A stretch of 64,000 nucleotides of DNA, taken from the human T2T-CHM13v2.0 reference genome, Homo sapiens. The position numbers were made by a program, and so were the translations under genes. Within the stretch, counting starts at the first letter, position 1. Each line of letters begins with the position of its first letter. A model generated the notes under the pieces. The model worked only from the letters and a program-made list of their open reading frames with translations. It was not told the DNA's origin and did not search any database. Positions 59,716-64,000 of this stretch are shown here, piece after piece. The stretch lies in NCBI RefSeq assembly GCF_009914755.1, contig NC_060932.1; one strand, 5' to 3'.

Positions 59716-60102
59716 TCTACTTTCTAGGTTATATTAGCCACATTTTAAGTGCTGAATATCTTCATGGAGCTGCTACTCTTTTGCAGAATGTAGTTCTAAA
59801 ATTTCTGCTACATCTGCTTCTACATCTATGAAGCTCCTATGGAGTAGATGCTTCTTTACAATGAGAAAGATTAACAAGATTATCTCCATATTTCAGGGGG
59901 TACTGATTACGAAGGCAGATATAGTTCCTTGTGCTACCTTTCTTCTCCACCCTAGGTACTGTATTTTGTGGGTAAAGTTCATAAATTTTCCTGCTTTTCC
60001 AATTTCTGGATGAAAACATTTTCAGTTTGGTGGGTTTAGTAAAAATTATTAGATAAGGAAAAAAAAAAACCCTCAACTCTGTCTTTGACAGATTCTTAAA
60101 GA

Positions 60103-60481
60103 ATCCGTTTCCACACTACTATAACGAACTGCTTGAGACCGGGTAATTTATAAAGGGAAGAGGTTTAATTGATTCACAGTTCCATGTGGCTGGGGAGGAC
60201 TCAGGAAACTTACAATCATGGTGGAAGGCAAAGGGGAGGCAGATACCTTCTTCACAAGGAGGCAGGAAGGAGGATGACCAAATGAGGAACTTGCCAAACA
60301 CTTACAAAACCGTCAGATCTCGTGAGAACTCACTCACTCTCAGGAGAACAGCATGGCGGAAACCGCCCCCATGATTCAATTACCTCCACCTGGTCTCTCC
60401 CTTGACACGTGGGGAGTATAGGAATTATGGGGATTACAATTCAAGATGAAATTTTGGTGGAGACACAGCCAAACCATATCA
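60103..60481 (-). mobile_element. THE1D/MSTA-like MaLR LTR
   Basis: gagaccgggtaatttataaagg...caggaaacttacaatcatgg...ccaaaccatatca. Confidence 0.9.
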
Positions 60482-60574
60482 ACACATATACAGGAAATCA
60501 CAATTCTGTGTAATAAATTAAAACTGTGGCATAATTTACAAATGTCCTTTATGGTTAAAACAAGGGTGTATCTG

Positions 60575-60859
60575 GGCCGGGCGCGGTGGCTCACGCCTGT
60601 AATCCCAGCACTTTGGGAGGCTGAGGTGGGCGGATCACAAGGTCAGGAGATGGAGAACATCCTGGCTAACCCCGTCTCTACTAAAAATACAAAATATTAG
60701 CCGGGTGTGGTGGCAGGTGCCTGTAGTCCCAGCTACTCGGGAGGCTGAGGCAGGAGAATGGCGTCAACCTGGGAGGCGGAGCTTGCAAGGAGCTGAGATC
60801 GCGCCGCTGCACTACAGCCTGGGTGACAGAGACTTCGTCAAAAAAAAAAAAAAAAAAAA
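60575..60859 (+). mobile_element. AluY/Sc with a ~10-nt left-arm deletion
   Basis: cctggctaaccccgtctc lacks acggtgaaac; A tail present; partial TSD ending tgtatct on both sides. Confidence 0.93.
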
Positions 60860-61887
60860 GGTATGTATCTAATGGAGAGAGCTTATTTTAGCTTATTTTT
60901 CTTTAAGCGAAGCTCTCAAAGAAACAGAAAATAAATACATTATCACATACCTATTTCTGATATTAAAAAACACCTCTGTTTAGCTAGTGTGATGCCCATT
61001 TTTCTGTTCTACGTGTTGCTATCAAAAACAAGAAAAAGTGATGGGGAGAACGCTAACACTCTGTGAAGACCTAGTCAGTGCAAGTGAGACTGCAGGCAAA
61101 TTAGTTTATAGGTGATTATATTTTATCTTTTTAGTGACTCTCTGAGATAAACATTATTATTCCCATTTTATACATAACAAAGAAGCTTTGGGGAAGTTGA
61201 GAAACTTGTCGCTAGAGTCACCTATTTAAAATTATACAGCACCATGTTATTATTCTGTTTAAATTCTCTAGCATTCCTTCAGAAAAAAAAAAAATCAAAT
61301 TCTTTAGATAAAAAGGAAAGGCGCTCCAAACACACACTCCAACTTCCACCTCCATTCTCTTTTGTCTAGAATGGTTATTTCTCTTCCTGACTGACAATTG
61401 AGTTTTTGTTCTTCAAGGCGTATTTGAATAACACCTCTTGGAAGCCTTCTCTGTCCTGATTTACGAGGGTAGGTATTGTATAATTTTCTTCTGTGCTTCC
61501 TGATGCCCTGCACATGAACTTTCTCATGCTGTGTTATAATTATTTTTATTTACTGATCTGTCTCTTCCATTTTCTATGTTTCTATGTTTTTCATTGTTAA
61601 TCTCAGGAATAAGTACAGTGTCTGGGGAAGAGCTAAGCAAATATTTCTTGAATGGTGAAATTCATTTAATGGAATGTAATCTAAATATAAACTAAGTTTT
61701 TCCTGTCTGTATTTGTCCAGATTCTTTCTCTTGGATCCAACCCTCTCATCATCTCTACTCCAACCCACATTTGGCTTCAGGGAGCGGAGAGAATAACTGC
61801 TTACCTGATAACTCTTACTCTCTTTTTCTCTTCTTGCTCAGTCTGTATACTATCTATATACCTTTGACCAGTCAATATACTATCACA

Positions 61888-62454
61888 CTATAATCTCATA
61901 TATACCTGCAGCCATTCTCTGTTTTCAAGTAAGAGCTTTCCCACTTTACACCCAATGCCACCTCCAGAGATGATGGTCTCTAAATCTATTATCCAAGACC
62001 AGCATCTACACAGAATATCTTTGCCTCTTTATCTGAGTAAGATCTCATCTTGATATGCTACAAATCAGGATAGTGGTGGTGATTGGCAGGGCAGGAGTAG
62101 AAAGGAGGGATTAGGTTGATGGTTATGGATTGAAGTGTTAGTTCTGTTGTCTGTCGATAATTCATAATGGAAGAGCAGCATTCAACTATTTTTATAATAT
62201 GAAATACTGTATCATTCTCTTCAGCTTTAGCCTCAGTCATCAATTCTTGTACAGTAGGAAAAATCCCACTATTATGCTATAATCTTATGTATATCTGCAG
62301 CCATTCTCTGTTCTCAAGTAAGAGTTTTCCCACCTTGCACCCAATGCCACTCCCAGGGATTATGGTCCCTAAATCTGTTCTCCAAGACCAACATCTACAC
62401 AGGAATATCCTTGCCTCCTAATCTGAGCAAGATCTCATCTTGATATACTACAAA
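61888..62454. repeat. Direct repeat pair of ~177 bp (61888-62064 and 62277-62454)
   Basis: Both copies run ctataatct...ctgcagccattctctg...caagtaagag...cacccaatgccac...agatctcatcttgata..ctacaaa. Confidence 0.92.
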
Positions 62455-62599
62455 GTATAAACCACATGAAAATGTAATGCTGCCTGCCAGTGCACTCTAG
62501 TCAAATAGTAGAAGATGAGTGAAGAACAGAGACGAAACTAGTTATACATTAGAACAAGCTAGTAAACACAAGTAGAGGCTATGGTTTCCGTTTCTCTCA

Positions 62600-63035
62600 G
62601 CAATTATTTCTAGCCCTAAGTAAGCTAGCTTATTTATAACTTTCTTCATGGTAGTACTCTACTCATTTTTCCTTTACCTTAGGCTGGCACCTTGATTGAC
62701 TGAGGTTCTTTTTCTTATGAGGTAGCCTAATTTTTCATTCCTGAGGAATCTGTGCCCTTACTGGTATTTCATGAATATAGCAATGATATATGGTCAAACT
62801 CTTGTACTGATCATGGCAGTGGAAGAGGTATGCCAGGCACCTGAGTTTTCCTCTTATACTTTCCTGCTCAATCCTTGGAAATCAGGTTTGGTTATCCCAG
62901 CCATTATAATTTATGCCAGTTCTCTTAATGATACACTGTACATGGCCAGCTGGTATCTGAGGTTTCTATTTAGCGGAACCAAAAAAAAAAAAAAAAATCA
63001 AGTATCCTTTTGGAATTATTTCTCCCCTGAATTCT
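62600..63035 (-). mobile_element. Old ERVL internal fragment (dUTPase region)
   Basis: Minus strand near 62870-62910 translates IIMAGITKPDFQG, resembling ERV-L dUTPase AGVIDPDYQG. Confidence 0.55.
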
Positions 63036-63039
63036 TAAA

Positions 63040-64000
63040 TCTCTATAACAAAGAAAACATAATAAAGACCATATATGAAAAACCTACAGTGACTGCTATA
63101 TTCTATGGTGAGAGACTGAAAACTTTCCCTTTAAAATCAGAAAAAAGGTAAGGATGCACATCATGCCACTTCTATTCAACATACTACCGGAAGTTATATT
63201 CAGAGAATTGGGCAAGGAAAATAAATAAATATATCCAAATTGGGGAGGAAGAACTGAAATTATTTGCAGATGACATAGTCTTATATATAGAAATTGCTAA
63301 AGATATATATATATCACACACACACACTGTTAGAACTAATTAACAAATTTAGCAAACTTGTAGGATACAAAATCAACACACGAAATCACTGGCATTTCTA
63401 TATGTTAACAGTGAACAATCCAAAAAGGAGATTAAGAGAACAATTTCATTTATTATAGCATCAAAAAGGATAAAATAATTAAAAATACAATTAACCATGA
63501 AGGCAAAAGATTTGTACACTGAAAACTATGAGATTGCTGAAAAAAAAATAAAGAAAACCTCTTGTAGAAACTTATCATGAAGACTGGAAGAATTAATATT
63601 GTTAACATGGCAACAACACCCAAAGTGACTTACAGATTCAATGCAATTGTAATAAAATACTAATGCTGTAGGGGTTTTTTTGTTTTTGCAGAAATAGAAA
63701 AATCCATTTTAGTATTTATATGGAATCTGAAGGCACCCTGAATAGCCAAAACCATCTAGATAAAGAGGAACAAAGTTGAAAGTCCCACACCCCATGGTTT
63801 CATAACTTATGACAAATCTATAGTAATCAAAACAGTGGGGTTTTGCCATAAAGACAGACCTATAGGACAATGTAATTGAATAGAGTGCCTGGAAAGAAAC
63901 CTTCACATATATGGTCAAATAATTTTCAGCAAGAATACTAAGACCATTCAAGGGGGAAAGGGCAATTTTTTCAACCAATGTTGTTAGGAAAGCTGTATAT
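63040..64000 (+). mobile_element. L1M ORF2 fragment, runs off the window
   Basis: YEKPTVTAIFYGERLKTFPLKS; ttatttgcagatgacat (LFADD). Confidence 0.9.

Larger units (their letters stand above)
55858..59798 (+). mobile_element. MER33/Charlie5 hAT element split by L1 (55858-56279 and 59720-59798)
   Basis: tgtccaat...gcaagccacatatgta...tagtagccac start; tagccacattttaagtgct end lies after the L1 tail. Confidence 0.75.

Overview
AT-rich, CpG-poor primate genomic DNA, most likely human or great ape given AluY and L1PA elements. It is intergenic or deep-intronic, and I can support no protein-coding gene, RNA gene, CpG island or CRISPR array. Roughly two thirds is layered transposon fossil. The main structures are: a complete minus-strand ERV-L provirus with MLT2 LTRs (8026-17202) carrying nested THE1, Alu and MER6 insertions; a near end-to-end hAT-Blackjack transposase fossil (25627-30969) split by L1 and Alu; three L1 insertions with twin-priming 5' inversions; and Tigger3, MER58, MER33/Charlie5, MaLR LTRs, L2 and MIR. 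The best leads outside routine repeat annotation are a CpG-retaining motif cluster (CArG, YY1, NF-Y) with a Kozak-initiated 51-aa smORF near 4.0-4.3 kb, a template-switch duplication bounded by a perfect 17-bp inverted repeat (58.9-59.5 kb), a captured-flank FLAM insertion (48.4-48.7 kb), a 177-bp direct repeat (61.9-62.5 kb) and two CTCF-like sites (43.4 and 44.3 kb). I did not find a convincing new biological system. Repeat subfamily names come from recalled consensus sequences and need RepeatMasker/Dfam confirmation; boundaries of old elements are approximate.
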